Assembly: GCA_963743305.1 (NCBI GenBank)
Contig: CAVUPH010000022.1
Span: 32,001-96,000 of the forward strand
Length of the DNA: 64,000 bases
DNA from: an uncultured delta proteobacterium
GTDB taxonomy: Bacteria; Desulfobacterota; RBG-13-43-22
Direction of reading: 5' to 3'
Shown here: positions 18,984-29,986 of the stretch, piece after piece
Position numbering within the stretch: position 1 is the stretch's first letter
Layout of the letters: every line of letters begins with the position of its first letter
Translations under genes and position numbers: made by a program
Notes under the pieces: generated by a model
Told to the model about the DNA's origin: nothing
What the model saw: only the letters and a program-made list of their open reading frames with translations
Database searches by the model: none

Positions 18984-20483
18984 TTACCCTCTCCCATAGG
19001 TCTCGGTCAGAGAACGGAGTTGGGCAGTGACGGCCTCGCTGAGCTGTTCCGGCTTAAACCTCCAGGTCCAATTGCCGTGAGCAACCGATGGTTTGTTCAT
19101 CCGGGCTTCCTGGCCGAGGCCCAAGACGTCCTGCAGGGGGAAGATCGCCGTATCGGCCACAGACATCATGGCCAGCCGGATGAGCTCCCAGTTGACGTCC
19201 GGGGACGCGATTTTTCTGCCCAGGTACCGGAAGAGCCTCTCTAACTCCTCGGGCCGGGCCTCACGGTCGAACCAGCCTCTGGCCGTGTTGTTATCGTGCG
19301 TGCCGGTATAAACCACGCAGTTCCTTCCGTAGTTGTGGGGCAGATAGCTGTGCAGGGGATCGTCCTCGCCAAAGGCAAAGAGAAGGATCTTCATCCCTGG
19401 GAGGCCCAGACGGGTGATGGTTTCGCTGACGTCGGGCGTGATGATTCCCAGGTCTTCCGCAATCAGAGGGAGGCGGGGGAAAGAGCTGCCGAGCCGGTCA
19501 AAGAAGTCATCCGTGGGCACCTCCACCCAGCACCCGTTCACCGCGCTCTTCTCCTGAACAGGCACTTCCCAATAGGCCACGAGCCCCCGGAAGTGGTCTA
19601 CCCTAACCAGGTCGCAGAGGCGCAGCGAGTGGCCCATTCGCTCTACCCACCAGGCATAACCGGTCTCCCGGAGGGCATTCCAATCGTACACCGGATTACC
19701 CCACAACTGACCGCTGGAGCTGAAATAGTCGGGTGGCACCCCTGCCACCGCAACGGGCCGTTTCTCTCCGTCGAGTTTGAATATCTCCCGATGGGCCCAC
19801 ACGTCGGCGCTGTCATAGCTGACGTAAATGGGGATGTCGCCGACGATCTGTATGCCGCGACGGTTACAGTACTCCTTTATCTCCTTCCATTGTTCGAAAA
19901 AGAGGTACTGTTCAAATTTTTCCCTTTCTATGTCCGCCGCGCATTCGGTTTGGACCGCGGCCATTTTCTCAGTTACCCTGTCCCTCAATTCCACGGGCCA
20001 TTCGCTCCAGGGCCTGCCGTCAAAGCGCTTTTTCAGGGCGACGAAAAACGAGTAGTTGTCGAGCCAGGAGGCATTATCCAGACAAAAACGGTCAAACCGG
20101 TCCCGATAGGTACCGTTCTTGCTGAAACGGTCATAGGCGCGGTCCAGTACCGTTTTCTTGTAGTCGTTTACGGCATCGTAGTCGCATCGTTCCTCGGAAA
20201 AGGTGTGTTGGCCGTCCAGCAGCGAAGCATCCAGGAGACCGTCTCGGACCAGCAAGTCGGGACTGATGAGGAGGGTATTTCCCGCAAAGGTGGAGACGCT
20301 GCTATAGGGGGAGTTGCCGTAGGCGGACACGGTGGGGCTCAGGGGAAGGACCTGCCAGAAACGCTGTCTCGTTTTCTCCAGAAAATCGGCAAACCGATAG
20401 GCCCAGGGTCCGAGATCGCCGATGCCGTAAGGGGATGGAAGGGACGTGACGTGGAGAAGAATTCCAGAGCCTCTTTTATTCAT
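18984..20483 (-). CDS. malQ: 4-alpha-glucanotransferase (GH77)
   Basis: SGILLHVTSLP, GDIPIYV, GVPPDYFS, RVDHFRG, AEDLG, YTGTHDN. Confidence 0.95.
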   Translation of the reverse strand: MNKRGSGILLHVTSLPSPYGIGDLGPWAYRFADFLEKTRQRFWQVLPLSPTVSAYGNSPYSSVSTFAGNTLLISPDLLVRDGLLDASLLDGQHTFSEERCDYDAVNDYKKTVLDRAYDRFSKNGTYRDRFDRFCLDNASWLDNYSFFVALKKRFDGRPWSEWPVELRDRVTEKMAAVQTECAADIEREKFEQYLFFEQWKEIKEYCNRRGIQIVGDIPIYVSYDSADVWAHREIFKLDGEKRPVAVAGVPPDYFSSSGQLWGNPVYDWNALRETGYAWWVERMGHSLRLCDLVRVDHFRGLVAYWEVPVQEKSAVNGCWVEVPTDDFFDRLGSSFPRLPLIAEDLGIITPDVSETITRLGLPGMKILLFAFGEDDPLHSYLPHNYGRNCVVYTGTHDNNTARGWFDREARPEELERLFRYLGRKIASPDVNWELIRLAMMSVADTAIFPLQDVLGLGQEARMNKPSVAHGNWTWRFKPEQLSEAVTAQLRSLTETYGRG

Positions 20484-20588
20484 GCAGTTTTTTTAATCCT
20501 TTCCGCCGTCAACCGGGGTTGCCGACGCGAAAAAAATAAACCAACGAAGTGCGAGGACCAGGATACTCGGCGTATGGTCATCGCGAGG

Positions 20589-21065
20589 TTATGCCAGCCG
20601 CAGCAGGATCAACGACGCCCGGGCATCCCCTGGGCTTATGTCGGGCACGATCCTCAACTCCAACACCGTCACCCCGTGGAGGTTGAGGGCGTAGTCTTCA
20701 ACCTCGCGGGTCGTGCCGGGCGGACTGAACGTATACTGCTGGCGCAGAATCTCCCGGTAGGACCGCCCGCCATCCCCCGACCATCGGAGCACAAACTCCT
20801 GGGTCCGCTCCCGGCGCTCTTCCTCAAATTCAAGATGAATTTGCCTGAGTGCTTGCGGCTCGTCAAACACCAGGCGGATGGTCTGCTCCCCGGGTTCGCC
20901 GGCCAGCCAGCCTGGCCCACCGCCGGCGGTCAGCGCCGACTCAACGGGATGTCCGGCATCTTCGGAGGTAATCTCTACCTGCGCTAGACGCTCCAGGTCG
21001 AGCCAGTCCTGATCGACGAATGAGGATCCCTGTGGACTTCGATTGATCATCCGTTTGCGCATCAT
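20589..21065 (-). CDS. Galactose-binding-like/carbohydrate-binding domain protein
   Basis: TSED..HPVESAL, GW.A..PGEQTIRL.FD, RTQEF.LRWS pattern; lies between two glucan enzymes. Confidence 0.6.
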   Translation of the reverse strand: MMRKRMINRSPQGSSFVDQDWLDLERLAQVEITSEDAGHPVESALTAGGGPGWLAGEPGEQTIRLVFDEPQALRQIHLEFEEERRERTQEFVLRWSGDGGRSYREILRQQYTFSPPGTTREVEDYALNLHGVTVLELRIVPDISPGDARASLILLRLA

Positions 21066-21074
21066 AGGCCGAAC

Positions 21075-22889
21075 CTATTCCTTCTGTGAAAAAATTACCA
21101 CGGTGTAGGGCCCGATGCTGATATCGCCCGAGCAGGGCAGTCCATCGGCCCCTTCCTCGCGCGTTTCAACGTCTGGCGTAGGATGATTGTGAAAGTTTGG
21201 GTCGTAGTTGTAGGAGTCACTGTTAAGGCGCGTTTTCCACCATCCGGCCCGCGGGAAACCGAGGCGATATCCATCGCGGTTTTGATTCGTCATATTGACC
21301 ACCACCACGACGCTATCGGTGGGACCCTGTTGGTCCCAGCGGTGGAAGGCGATGAGCTTGGCCTCATCGTTAAAATGAAAAATATGGATGTTTTGACCGC
21401 ACAACCCCCGCGTCACACCCGACCGGTTGCGTCGCAGGGCGATCAGGTCCCGGTACATTCGGAAAATACCGTGCTCGTCCTCGGTTCGGGCCCAGTCGAT
21501 CGGGTCTTTATCCTGGAACCAGCGATCTTCCAGCAGCTCCTGCCCTTGAAAGAGCATGGGGATACCGGGCGCAGTAAGCACCAAGGCCGCGCCCAGGGTG
21601 GAGCGTTTCTTGGAAAACCAGCTATCCACCTTGCCGGGCCAGATCTCCTCGGGCACGCGGGCCCGCCCATTGGCGACCTCGTCGTGCGACTCGGTATAAA
21701 TGATCCGCCGAAAGACGTCTAAATCGTAACGATGCTCGATCGCATTGCGGACCGCCCCCAGATCGCGGAGTTTATCATCGGGGGAAATGACGGCCTGGCG
21801 AACGGGGTGAACAAATTCGGCATCCCATTGGGCATTGAAACCCGCACCGCCCGCCCCCACCTCTTTAGTGATCCAGGGGTTATTCTTCATGCTTTCGCCG
21901 ATGCTGATTTTGTCGGGAAATCGTTGTTTAATTTCCACGTTGATCCACTGCATCAGGCTCCAGCCTTCGGGGATGTCATTGGCCGGATTGTCGTCATTGC
22001 CGTCAATGCTTTTGATATAGGCAATCATGTCCCAGCGCAGGCCGTCGGCGTGGTACTCCTCGAACCACATCAGCGCGTTATCGCGCAGATAGCGGCGCAC
22101 TTCGTCGCGGCCATAATCGGGACGCGTCTCGCCCCAGGGGGTATTCGCCCGGCGATCTTCGTAAAAATAGATTCCCCCCTTCTCGTTTTCACTCCAACCG
22201 TCAAACTGCCACAAATCAAGATCCGAGGGGCCCAAGTGGTTGTAGACGACATCTACAATCACAGCGATACGTTGCGCATGGGCCGCCTTCACAAATCGCT
22301 TGAGGGCATCGGGTCCGCCGTAAATACTTGCAACGGCAAAGGGATGCGCTGGATTGTAGCCCCACGAAAAGTCGCCCGCAAACTCCGCGATCGGCATCAA
22401 TTCCACGGCATTGATGCCCAACTGTTGAAGGTAGGGCAGTTTTTCAATGGCGCTATCCAGAGTGCCCGGATGCCCCGCTTCTTTCACATGAAAGGTGCCC
22501 ACGTGCATCTCGTAAATGACCAGCTCATTCCCCGTTGCCTGGTGAAAGGCATCATCACCCCAGTCGAAGGCCTTCGGATCATAGATAACTCCATTGCCGA
22601 TCGAGTGGGTCACCTTTCTGGCATAAGGGTCGATGCGGGAGAGGAGGCCCCGAGGACCGTGAATCAAGTATTTGTATTCATCCCCTGTTTTGGCCTCCGA
22701 CACGTCGGTCGACCAGTACCCGTTCTCCTCTTTGGCCAGCGGTGTTGAGGTCTGGCTCCAGTCATTGAAAGTCCCGGTCAGGTAAACCTTGTCGGCGTGA
22801 GGCGCCCAGACGCGGAAGGTTACCCCCTCGGGACCGGGGTTGGCCCCCAGGCCGGAAGGTTTTGCCACCGTTTCGGCTTTTTCGGACAT
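21075..22889 (-). CDS. GH13 alpha-amylase family with CBM48 (branching enzyme/TreZ-like)
   Basis: FRVWAPHA, IYEMHVG, SWGYNP, DVVYNH, DGLRWD, ESHDE; AAGGAGG before ATG 22889. Confidence 0.9.
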   Translation of the reverse strand: MSEKAETVAKPSGLGANPGPEGVTFRVWAPHADKVYLTGTFNDWSQTSTPLAKEENGYWSTDVSEAKTGDEYKYLIHGPRGLLSRIDPYARKVTHSIGNGVIYDPKAFDWGDDAFHQATGNELVIYEMHVGTFHVKEAGHPGTLDSAIEKLPYLQQLGINAVELMPIAEFAGDFSWGYNPAHPFAVASIYGGPDALKRFVKAAHAQRIAVIVDVVYNHLGPSDLDLWQFDGWSENEKGGIYFYEDRRANTPWGETRPDYGRDEVRRYLRDNALMWFEEYHADGLRWDMIAYIKSIDGNDDNPANDIPEGWSLMQWINVEIKQRFPDKISIGESMKNNPWITKEVGAGGAGFNAQWDAEFVHPVRQAVISPDDKLRDLGAVRNAIEHRYDLDVFRRIIYTESHDEVANGRARVPEEIWPGKVDSWFSKKRSTLGAALVLTAPGIPMLFQGQELLEDRWFQDKDPIDWARTEDEHGIFRMYRDLIALRRNRSGVTRGLCGQNIHIFHFNDEAKLIAFHRWDQQGPTDSVVVVVNMTNQNRDGYRLGFPRAGWWKTRLNSDSYNYDPNFHNHPTPDVETREEGADGLPCSGDISIGPYTVVIFSQKE

Positions 22890-23209
22890 TTTCCCCTCCT
22901 TTTTCTTAATCAAGGCCATCGGGCCGGCGCCTGGCCTTGTTTGAACCGATAAGGATTATTCTCCGGTCGTTCCCTTTGATGAGAATTTTCGGAGAAAAAA
23001 AGTATAGGGTGAGAAAAGGAAGGGGTCAAGAAGCAAATTAAGTCGGAAGACCAAGGGAAATAACCGAGGCCGGTTTGCTGGAGGCCCCGGGTCACCTTGA
23101 AAATACCCAGGCCGACCCGGGTGGAACGGAACCGCGGGCAACGCGGCAGGCTATTCTCAAAACCTCCTTCCGGTCTTTGAGAGGCTGCTCCGAGGGTTGG
23201 AAGTGACCC

Positions 23210-23299
23210 CTACCGTCGTCTGGTCCAATAGTAACCTCCGCCCCCGCCGAACAATATGACCAATATGACGATGACGATGATGAGCGTTGTAGTATCCAT
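23210..23299 (-). CDS. 29-aa membrane microprotein, copy 2
   Basis: MDTTTLIIVIVILVILFGGGGGYYWTRRR; AGGAGGAG RBS. Confidence 0.82.
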   Translation of the reverse strand: MDTTTLIIVIVILVILFGGGGGYYWTRRR

Positions 23300-23589
23300 A
23301 GTAATTTTCTCCTCCTGATTAGGATTCCGATTTGACTGCTGGGCCGGCATCCCTTGCCAGGCTTGATTGAGCTTCCCCATCGGTTTGAATATCTATCTTC
23401 CAATCTAAACCTTTTCCCGGTAAATGAAATAATAAGAACCGTGTATTTTTTCAAAAGAATGGCTGTATTTTTGGTCTAACCCTTCGGGTCCCGATTGGGG
23501 CTTTCCTTTTTCCCCGATTCGTAGTACTTTTCACATGATGGCGCTCATTCCATTAGAGCATTCTCTTGCCTTAACCGGAGGACTAACGG

Positions 23590-26040
23590 ATGAACCGATT
23601 TATTTGTATCCATGGGCATTTTTATCAACCTCCCAGAGAAAGCCCCTGGCTGGAGGCCATTGAGATTCAAGATTCGGCGTTCCCGTACCACGACTGGAAC
23701 GAGCGGATTACCGCTGAATGCTACGCGGCAAACGCCGTGTCGAGAATCTGGGATACGGAAGGACGAATCGCCCAACTGGTAAACAATTATGCCAGTATAA
23801 GCTTCAACTTCGGTCCGACGGTCTTGCTCTGGATGCAGCGGTATGCCCCCGACGCCTATGAGGCCATTCTAGAGGCTGACCGGCAGAGCCTGGAGAAATG
23901 CTCCGGTCATGGAAATGCGTTGGCCCAAGCCTACAATCACATGATTCTACCGCTGGCCAACAGCCGCGACAAGAACACCCAGATTATCTGGGGAATAAAA
24001 GATTTTGAATATCGCTTTGGACGCCAGCCGGAAGGGTTGTGGCTCCCGGAGACGGCGGTAGATCTGGAAACCCTGGATCTCATGGCTCAGCAGGGCATCG
24101 GCTTTGCCATCCTTGCCCCCCGGCAGGCCAGCCGGGTCCGGCCCATTGATGGGAATGAATGGCAGGACGTGAGTGGTGGGAAAATCTATCCGGCCATAGC
24201 CTACCGGCTGTCGCTGCCGTCCGGCCGCGTCATGAACCTGTTCTTTTACGACGGTCCCATTGCCCAGGCGCTGGCCTTTGAAGGATTGCTCGACAACGGC
24301 GAGGCGTTCGCCAACCGGCTGCTGTCCGCCTTCGCCGACGATTCTCCTCGCCTCGTCCACATCGCCACGGATGGCGAAAGCTATGGACATCATCATCGCT
24401 ACGGCGACATGGCCCTGGCGCATGCGCTCCATCACCTGGAGTCCAACGGGCTGGCCCAGGTGACGAATTACGGCCGATACCTGGAGGATCATCCGCCGGC
24501 GTACGAAGTGGAGATCTTTGAAAACAGCTCCTGGAGCTGCGAGCACGGCGTAGAACGTTGGCGGTCCGATTGCGGGTGCAACAGCGGCGGCCACCCGGGT
24601 TGGAACCAGGGTTGGCGAGCCCCCCTGCGTGCGGCCCTGGACTGGCTCCGCGATGCCGTGAACCCGGCTTATGAACAACTGGCCGGACAGTTTCTGACCG
24701 ACCCCTGGGTGGCTCGTGACGACTACATCGACGTCATCGTGGATCGATCACCCGAACGCGTCAGGGCGTTTATGAACCGCCACGCCACCAGTCCCTTAAA
24801 CTCCGAGGACGAGATCACGGTCCTGAATCTCATGGAGCTCCAACGCCACCTGATGCTCATGTACACCAGTTGCGGTTGGTTTTTTGACGAGCTTTCCGGG
24901 ATGGAGACGGTTCAGGTCATACAATACGCCGGCCGGGTTCTGCAATTGGCCGACCAGCTTTTTAACGACTCTTTCGAACCCGGCTTTCTCGAACATCTGG
25001 AGCGTGCCAAGAGCAACCTGCCTGAACACCGTGACGGCCGCACCATTTATGAAAAATTGGTCAGGCCGGCCATGCTCGATATGAAAGATGTGGGCGCCCA
25101 CTATGCCTTAAGCTCGCTGTTCCAGGATATCGGTGAACGCAGTTCGATCTATGCCTATTCCGCCACCCGGGAGGACTACCGCAGCTTTCAGGTAGGAGGT
25201 TCCAGGCTGGTAATCGGGCGGGCCACGGTCACTTCAGACGTTACGCGCGTATCCTCCAGCTTGTGCTTTGGCGTTCTGCATCTTGGTGATCATAGTATCG
25301 CCTGCGGGACCGGTGAATATCAAGGCGCGCAAAAATATGAAGCGCTGGCCAAAGAAATTTCAGCGGCTTTCGCCGGAGCTGACTTTCCGAAGACCATACT
25401 ACTGCTGGGTAAATACTTCGGGACGTCCACGTATTCTCTGACCTCGTTGTTTGCCGATGAACGGCGAAAAGTCCTGAATATCATCATGGGGCCGACTCTG
25501 AGAGAGGCTGAAGCGGCCTATAGCTCGATTTATGAGCACCATGCTCCTTTGATTCGCTTTTTAGCCGGGTCCGGGACGCCACGGCCCCAAGTCCTGTCGG
25601 TCGCCGCGGACTTGTGCTTGAATGCCAAGTTTCGTAGGGTGCTTCAAGGGGAGGGTCTTGACCCCGAAGTCATCGGACCTCTTCTGGAAGAAGCTCGTTT
25701 GGCAGGCGCCACTCTGGATGCGACGGCTCTCGGCTTATTACTGGCCGTCAACATTGAGAGTCTGGCCGAGCAACTTCTCGATCAACCTGACGATCTTTCT
25801 CGCCTAAAGCTATTGAATAAGGCGGCCCAATTGGTCCGGACTTTGCCGTTCGAGGTTAATCTCTGGAAAACCCAAAACATCTGCTACAAGATCCTTCACA
25901 CCCATTGTCCCACCTTAAATGAGGAGGCCGGCCCGGGCAACCAAAACGCGCAAGAATGGCTACGCCGTTACACGGTTTTGGCCGATAATTTTTTGCTGCG
26001 GGTGCCCCAATGTCCCGTAAACAGCAAAGCCGCGCCGTAA
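23590..26040 (+). CDS. GH57 family glycoside hydrolase with DUF3536
   Basis: HGHFYQPPRE, WLPETA, TDGESYGHH, WSCEHGVERW, MYTSCGWFFDE. Confidence 0.92.
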   Translation: MNRFICIHGHFYQPPRESPWLEAIEIQDSAFPYHDWNERITAECYAANAVSRIWDTEGRIAQLVNNYASISFNFGPTVLLWMQRYAPDAYEAILEADRQSLEKCSGHGNALAQAYNHMILPLANSRDKNTQIIWGIKDFEYRFGRQPEGLWLPETAVDLETLDLMAQQGIGFAILAPRQASRVRPIDGNEWQDVSGGKIYPAIAYRLSLPSGRVMNLFFYDGPIAQALAFEGLLDNGEAFANRLLSAFADDSPRLVHIATDGESYGHHHRYGDMALAHALHHLESNGLAQVTNYGRYLEDHPPAYEVEIFENSSWSCEHGVERWRSDCGCNSGGHPGWNQGWRAPLRAALDWLRDAVNPAYEQLAGQFLTDPWVARDDYIDVIVDRSPERVRAFMNRHATSPLNSEDEITVLNLMELQRHLMLMYTSCGWFFDELSGMETVQVIQYAGRVLQLADQLFNDSFEPGFLEHLERAKSNLPEHRDGRTIYEKLVRPAMLDMKDVGAHYALSSLFQDIGERSSIYAYSATREDYRSFQVGGSRLVIGRATVTSDVTRVSSSLCFGVLHLGDHSIACGTGEYQGAQKYEALAKEISAAFAGADFPKTILLLGKYFGTSTYSLTSLFADERRKVLNIIMGPTLREAEAAYSSIYEHHAPLIRFLAGSGTPRPQVLSVAADLCLNAKFRRVLQGEGLDPEVIGPLLEEARLAGATLDATALGLLLAVNIESLAEQLLDQPDDLSRLKLLNKAAQLVRTLPFEVNLWKTQNICYKILHTHCPTLNEEAGPGNQNAQEWLRRYTVLADNFLLRVPQCPVNSKAAP

Positions 26041-26189
26041 ACGTATTCTTCCGTTGTTCGGCGGTTACGGTCTAAGTATCTGCAAAAATACACCCCTTTC
26101 CCTTCAAAAATTACGGGTTCACCCTATTCCCTTCATGGCCTGGCCCTGTTATCCTTTCAGCTCAAGGATCAGCTAAAGGAGGCCGCACC

Positions 26190-26600
26190 ATGTCCAGACT
26201 GATTAAGATCCTGCACATCGATCCCGATTACCAGATCACCTATCTCATTTATCGTCACAACTCATCTATCCGGACCTCGGTTCCCCTGAAGACGGCTATT
26301 GAGCTTTTGAAAAAAGAGGATTTTGACCTGATCCTATCGGAACCGCATAACAAGGCCATTCTGAAAAAGACGCCTCAGACCATTGAACCCAAACCCGGCT
26401 CGGCCGATGACCAAACTTTTATGCGGGCCATTCAAGGCGATTTCAGGAAGTACGATCCCATTGCTATTCATAGAAACAGGAGGTGTTCCATGAAACAGGA
26501 GGCCGTCATGGATTTAAAAAAAAGGATGTCTGATTTATTTTACGACCAATCCTTTTTCTACGGCGTAGGTAGTCAGTGCCCAAATCGAATGCAGGTTTAA
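26190..26600 (+). CDS. Hypothetical protein, degenerate receiver-like N-terminus
   Basis: AAAGGAGG RBS; KILHID...EDFDLIL resembles receiver strands; 3' end overlaps the response regulator. Confidence 0.45.
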   Translation: MSRLIKILHIDPDYQITYLIYRHNSSIRTSVPLKTAIELLKKEDFDLILSEPHNKAILKKTPQTIEPKPGSADDQTFMRAIQGDFRKYDPIAIHRNRRCSMKQEAVMDLKKRMSDLFYDQSFFYGVGSQCPNRMQV

Positions 26601-27197
26601 TTTCTTCATGAGGTTCGAACGATGCTTCTCTACCGTATGGAGACTGAGGCAGAGGTAGTCGGCAATGTTCTTGCTGCTATTCCCCTCCCCGATCAATTTC
26701 AAAATTTCCCGCTCTCTTGAGGTTAAGGTGTCCCAGGAGGTCTGGACGGATTCGGACTTTTTCCCGACCAGGTAGCCCTCGATCACCTTTTCGGAGATAC
26801 TCGGACTGAGTACCCGCTTCCCGTCCAAAATATTCCGGATAGCCTGAATCAAATCGGTATGACTGGAATCCTTTAAAATATATCCGTCGGCCCCCGCCCG
26901 CAGAGCGGCCAGGATGTATTCTTCGGAATCGTTGACGGTCAGGGCCAGGATTTTTATTTGGGGCCATTTTTTCCTAATTTGCCGGATGGCCTCCACCCCG
27001 CCCACCCGCGGCATGGATAAATCCATCAACACCAAGGCGGGTAGGAGCTTCTCCGCTTGCTGGATGGCCTCCCGCCCGTCCCCGGCTTCGCCGATTACTT
27101 CCAGATCCGGGAGAGAGGAAAGGAGCGCCCGCAGTCCCTCCCGGATAAGCGTATGGTCTTCGGCAATAAGTACGCCCCTCTTTTCACTGCCGATCAT
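26535..27197 (-). CDS. NarL/LuxR family response regulator
   Basis: IAEDH, LMDLSMP, GYILK; HTH LTSREREIL...TVEKHRSNLMKKL. Confidence 0.95.
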   Translation of the reverse strand: MIGSEKRGVLIAEDHTLIREGLRALLSSLPDLEVIGEAGDGREAIQQAEKLLPALVLMDLSMPRVGGVEAIRQIRKKWPQIKILALTVNDSEEYILAALRAGADGYILKDSSHTDLIQAIRNILDGKRVLSPSISEKVIEGYLVGKKSESVQTSWDTLTSREREILKLIGEGNSSKNIADYLCLSLHTVEKHRSNLMKKLNLHSIWALTTYAVEKGLVVK

Positions 27198-27326
27198 AGT
27201 GCCCTCCTGATATCCTTATCCCTCCCGGGGTTCGACGGGCGAGACTAAAGCCTGAACGATCTTTGATCAGGATATTACTTTAAAAGTGAAGAAAAAATCA
27301 ATACCCGCCAAAAATATTTGAAAGAA

Positions 27327-29504
27327 TTAATCTGCTTGGTTCCCCCCCCTGATCTCCCCATTCAACGGCCAGGAAATTCCGATAATCGTGCCTTTACCTG
27401 GATGGGACTCGACGGAAAAGAAGCCCCCGGATAGTTCCGCCCGCTCTTTCATGATGGAAAGTCCCATCCCCGTCCCCTGTCCGGCCGCCCCCGGCAGTTG
27501 TTCATAATTGAATCCCACCCCGTTGTCCCCGATAGCCAGCTTTATATGGCCCTGTTCCCGACTCAAGTGAATCCAAATTCGGGTCGCTTGGGCATGCTTT
27601 CCGGCATTGTTCAGGGCTTCCTGGGTTATCCGAAAAATTATGACTTTCAACCGTTCCGGCACGTCCTCCTCCCGGACCTCCAACCCTTGTTCGACCGCAA
27701 TCCGGGAATAGGTCTTTTGAAATTCCCGTGATAACCAGGACAAGGTGGGAAGAATACCCAGTTCATCCAGGTGGGGAGGCCGTAAATCATGCTGGATCCT
27801 CCTGGCCTCACGGATGGTCTCCTGAATGATCGAGATCAGGAAGCCCAGGGTTTCATTTATCTGTTGGAAATCCCGGTCGGACAAATTGAGAACCAGGTCC
27901 TCCAATTTATATTTGAGACCGCTCAGGGAGGCCCCCAGGCTGTCGTGCATCTCCCGGGCGATTCGCTTTCGTTCATTTTCCTGGGCACATAAAAGCTGGT
28001 TGGCCAGGAAACGAAGCTCCCGTTCTGAACTCCGCAGCGCTTCCTCGGTCGCCTGGCGATCGGTGACCTCCTCCAGAGAAAAAACTAAAGAAGCTACTTC
28101 ACCCCGATCGTCCAACAACGGGGTCAGGGTCCAGTCCCAGAAGGTTACCCCCCTCTCGGGATGATCCGGGAAAAAAAAAGGTTTGGCTACCGCCTGAAAG
28201 GGGGTCTTGGTTTCCACCACCCGCCGGAAGATAGCCTCATTTTCTTCGTTAGGGTAGAACTCGAAATGGTTGTGCCCGGGGAAATCGGCTACCGCCCGCT
28301 GGCAGGACCGGGCGTAGGATTCGTTGACCCGGAGGAAGTTGAAATCCCGGTCCAGAAGGACCAGGGGGGTAATCGTGTCCTTGAAAAAAGATTCCAGTAT
28401 GCGGGATTGCTCCGCCAGGTGCGCATGGGCTTTTTCCAGTTCAGCCGTCCGTTCCTGCACCCGGAGTTCCAATTCATCCCTCACCGCTCTGACCGCCTCC
28501 GCGGCCTTTTTACTCTCCTCGATGTTAAGGACATGGACCACAAATCCCTGGATTTGGTCTACCTCGTTGACGTCGGGGGTATAACTGGCTCGTACCCAGC
28601 GGCTATCGCCCCCCTGAAATGGCAATTGACGTTCGTACGTTATCGATTCCCCGGCCAGCGCCCTTTCCACATAGGGCTTAATTTCTTTCCACTGGGCCTC
28701 TCCAAGAATGTCGCTCATATGCCGCCCCGGGATGTCTTCGGCTGGGAAACCAAACCACCGGGCATAGTTCCGGTTGACCCGGCGATAACGGCCGTCGGTA
28801 TCCACGTAAGCTATCAGGGCCGGGACCGCTTCCATAACCAAACGCAGGTCATTTTCCCGATTACGCAGGGCCTCCTCGGCCTGTTTTTGTTCGGTAATGT
28901 CCAGCAGGGCCGCCTGACATACCGGTTGGGTTCCCTCCTTCGGCTCTCCCGGGACCCCCTCGATGCGTACACCGGCCAGGCGGCCTCCGTCCTTAAGCAG
29001 GGTCACTTCACAGACCTGCTTGGTCCCGGTGGAAAAAACCTTTTCCACGAAATCATTAAAGAGGGCGATATCCCCCGGCATCACAAATAATTGAAAACGC
29101 CGGTTCACCAGGCGACTCCGCTCCTCTCCCAGCAGGCGAGCCCCGGTGAGGTTGATTTCAAGGATTTCCCCCTTCGGACCGAAGGTGGCATAGCCGACCG
29201 GGGCCAGGTCGTAGAGATCGAAGTATTTGCGGCGGGCCTGCTCGGCCTCTAAGTGGAGCTGTTGGAGTTCCTGGTTCTGTTGTTCCAGCTCGATCTGATA
29301 AACCTCCAGGTCATGGACCAGGGACCGGGAATTCTCCGGTTCCGGGCCTGGCTGGGTTGCCTTTTGGGGGTCCGTCAGCTCTTCGGCCCGACTGCGCGAT
29401 TCCCGGCCGATTCTTTCCGCTTTAGAGTTCTGGGAGATCTTTTTGCTTTTCATATCCAAATCCGAATTCCAGGGAAGGTAGGCGAGATAATTTGATAAGT
29501 GCAT
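27327..29504 (-). CDS. Multi-PAS sensor histidine kinase (HisKA_3); start may be ATG 29453
   Basis: Three PAS regions, ERKRIAREMHD H-box, QEALNN, DNGVGF, GMGL; soluble. Confidence 0.93.
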   Translation of the reverse strand: MHLSNYLAYLPWNSDLDMKSKKISQNSKAERIGRESRSRAEELTDPQKATQPGPEPENSRSLVHDLEVYQIELEQQNQELQQLHLEAEQARRKYFDLYDLAPVGYATFGPKGEILEINLTGARLLGEERSRLVNRRFQLFVMPGDIALFNDFVEKVFSTGTKQVCEVTLLKDGGRLAGVRIEGVPGEPKEGTQPVCQAALLDITEQKQAEEALRNRENDLRLVMEAVPALIAYVDTDGRYRRVNRNYARWFGFPAEDIPGRHMSDILGEAQWKEIKPYVERALAGESITYERQLPFQGGDSRWVRASYTPDVNEVDQIQGFVVHVLNIEESKKAAEAVRAVRDELELRVQERTAELEKAHAHLAEQSRILESFFKDTITPLVLLDRDFNFLRVNESYARSCQRAVADFPGHNHFEFYPNEENEAIFRRVVETKTPFQAVAKPFFFPDHPERGVTFWDWTLTPLLDDRGEVASLVFSLEEVTDRQATEEALRSSERELRFLANQLLCAQENERKRIAREMHDSLGASLSGLKYKLEDLVLNLSDRDFQQINETLGFLISIIQETIREARRIQHDLRPPHLDELGILPTLSWLSREFQKTYSRIAVEQGLEVREEDVPERLKVIIFRITQEALNNAGKHAQATRIWIHLSREQGHIKLAIGDNGVGFNYEQLPGAAGQGTGMGLSIMKERAELSGGFFSVESHPGKGTIIGISWPLNGEIRGGNQAD

Positions 29505-29986
29505 TTAGGGGGAAATTACCATGGTCGGAAAACAAGATCAAGCGAGACTTTTATCCCTCAATTCCCGGCCATCTCCTCTGCTGATAAACTCCTTCTAAAA
29601 GCCCATTCCGACCGTTTCAATCCTTCAGGTTTTTCTCAAAAATGCTTGGTTTTTAACCCTTCTGGGGCATAAACTGCTTAGTCAATTACAGAAGTTAGCG
29701 GACATGATAATTCTTGCTTCGGCCTATTCCAGGGGTTCATTTATTCGCCCGTCTATAAGCTCCCGATGGCGCTTGATGGCACCCTGGAAACCACCACTAC
29801 CCGCCGGCCGCATTTACCGAATAAGGGGAATTCGCAGAAAGCAGCGGGAATTACCCCCAAAAGAGATTAAGAATACCTCCATTTTCCTTTCAAAGTAACG
29901 GCTTCCACTTATTGAATCTATTTCCTTTTTCCTCTATCCTATCGCTTAAGGGATATAGAAGGAATTCACAATTGGAGGGGCAGGGA

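Noticed and set aside
19296-20987. 563-aa plus-strand ORF
   Set aside because: Antisense shadow of malQ and its neighbour, with no motifs
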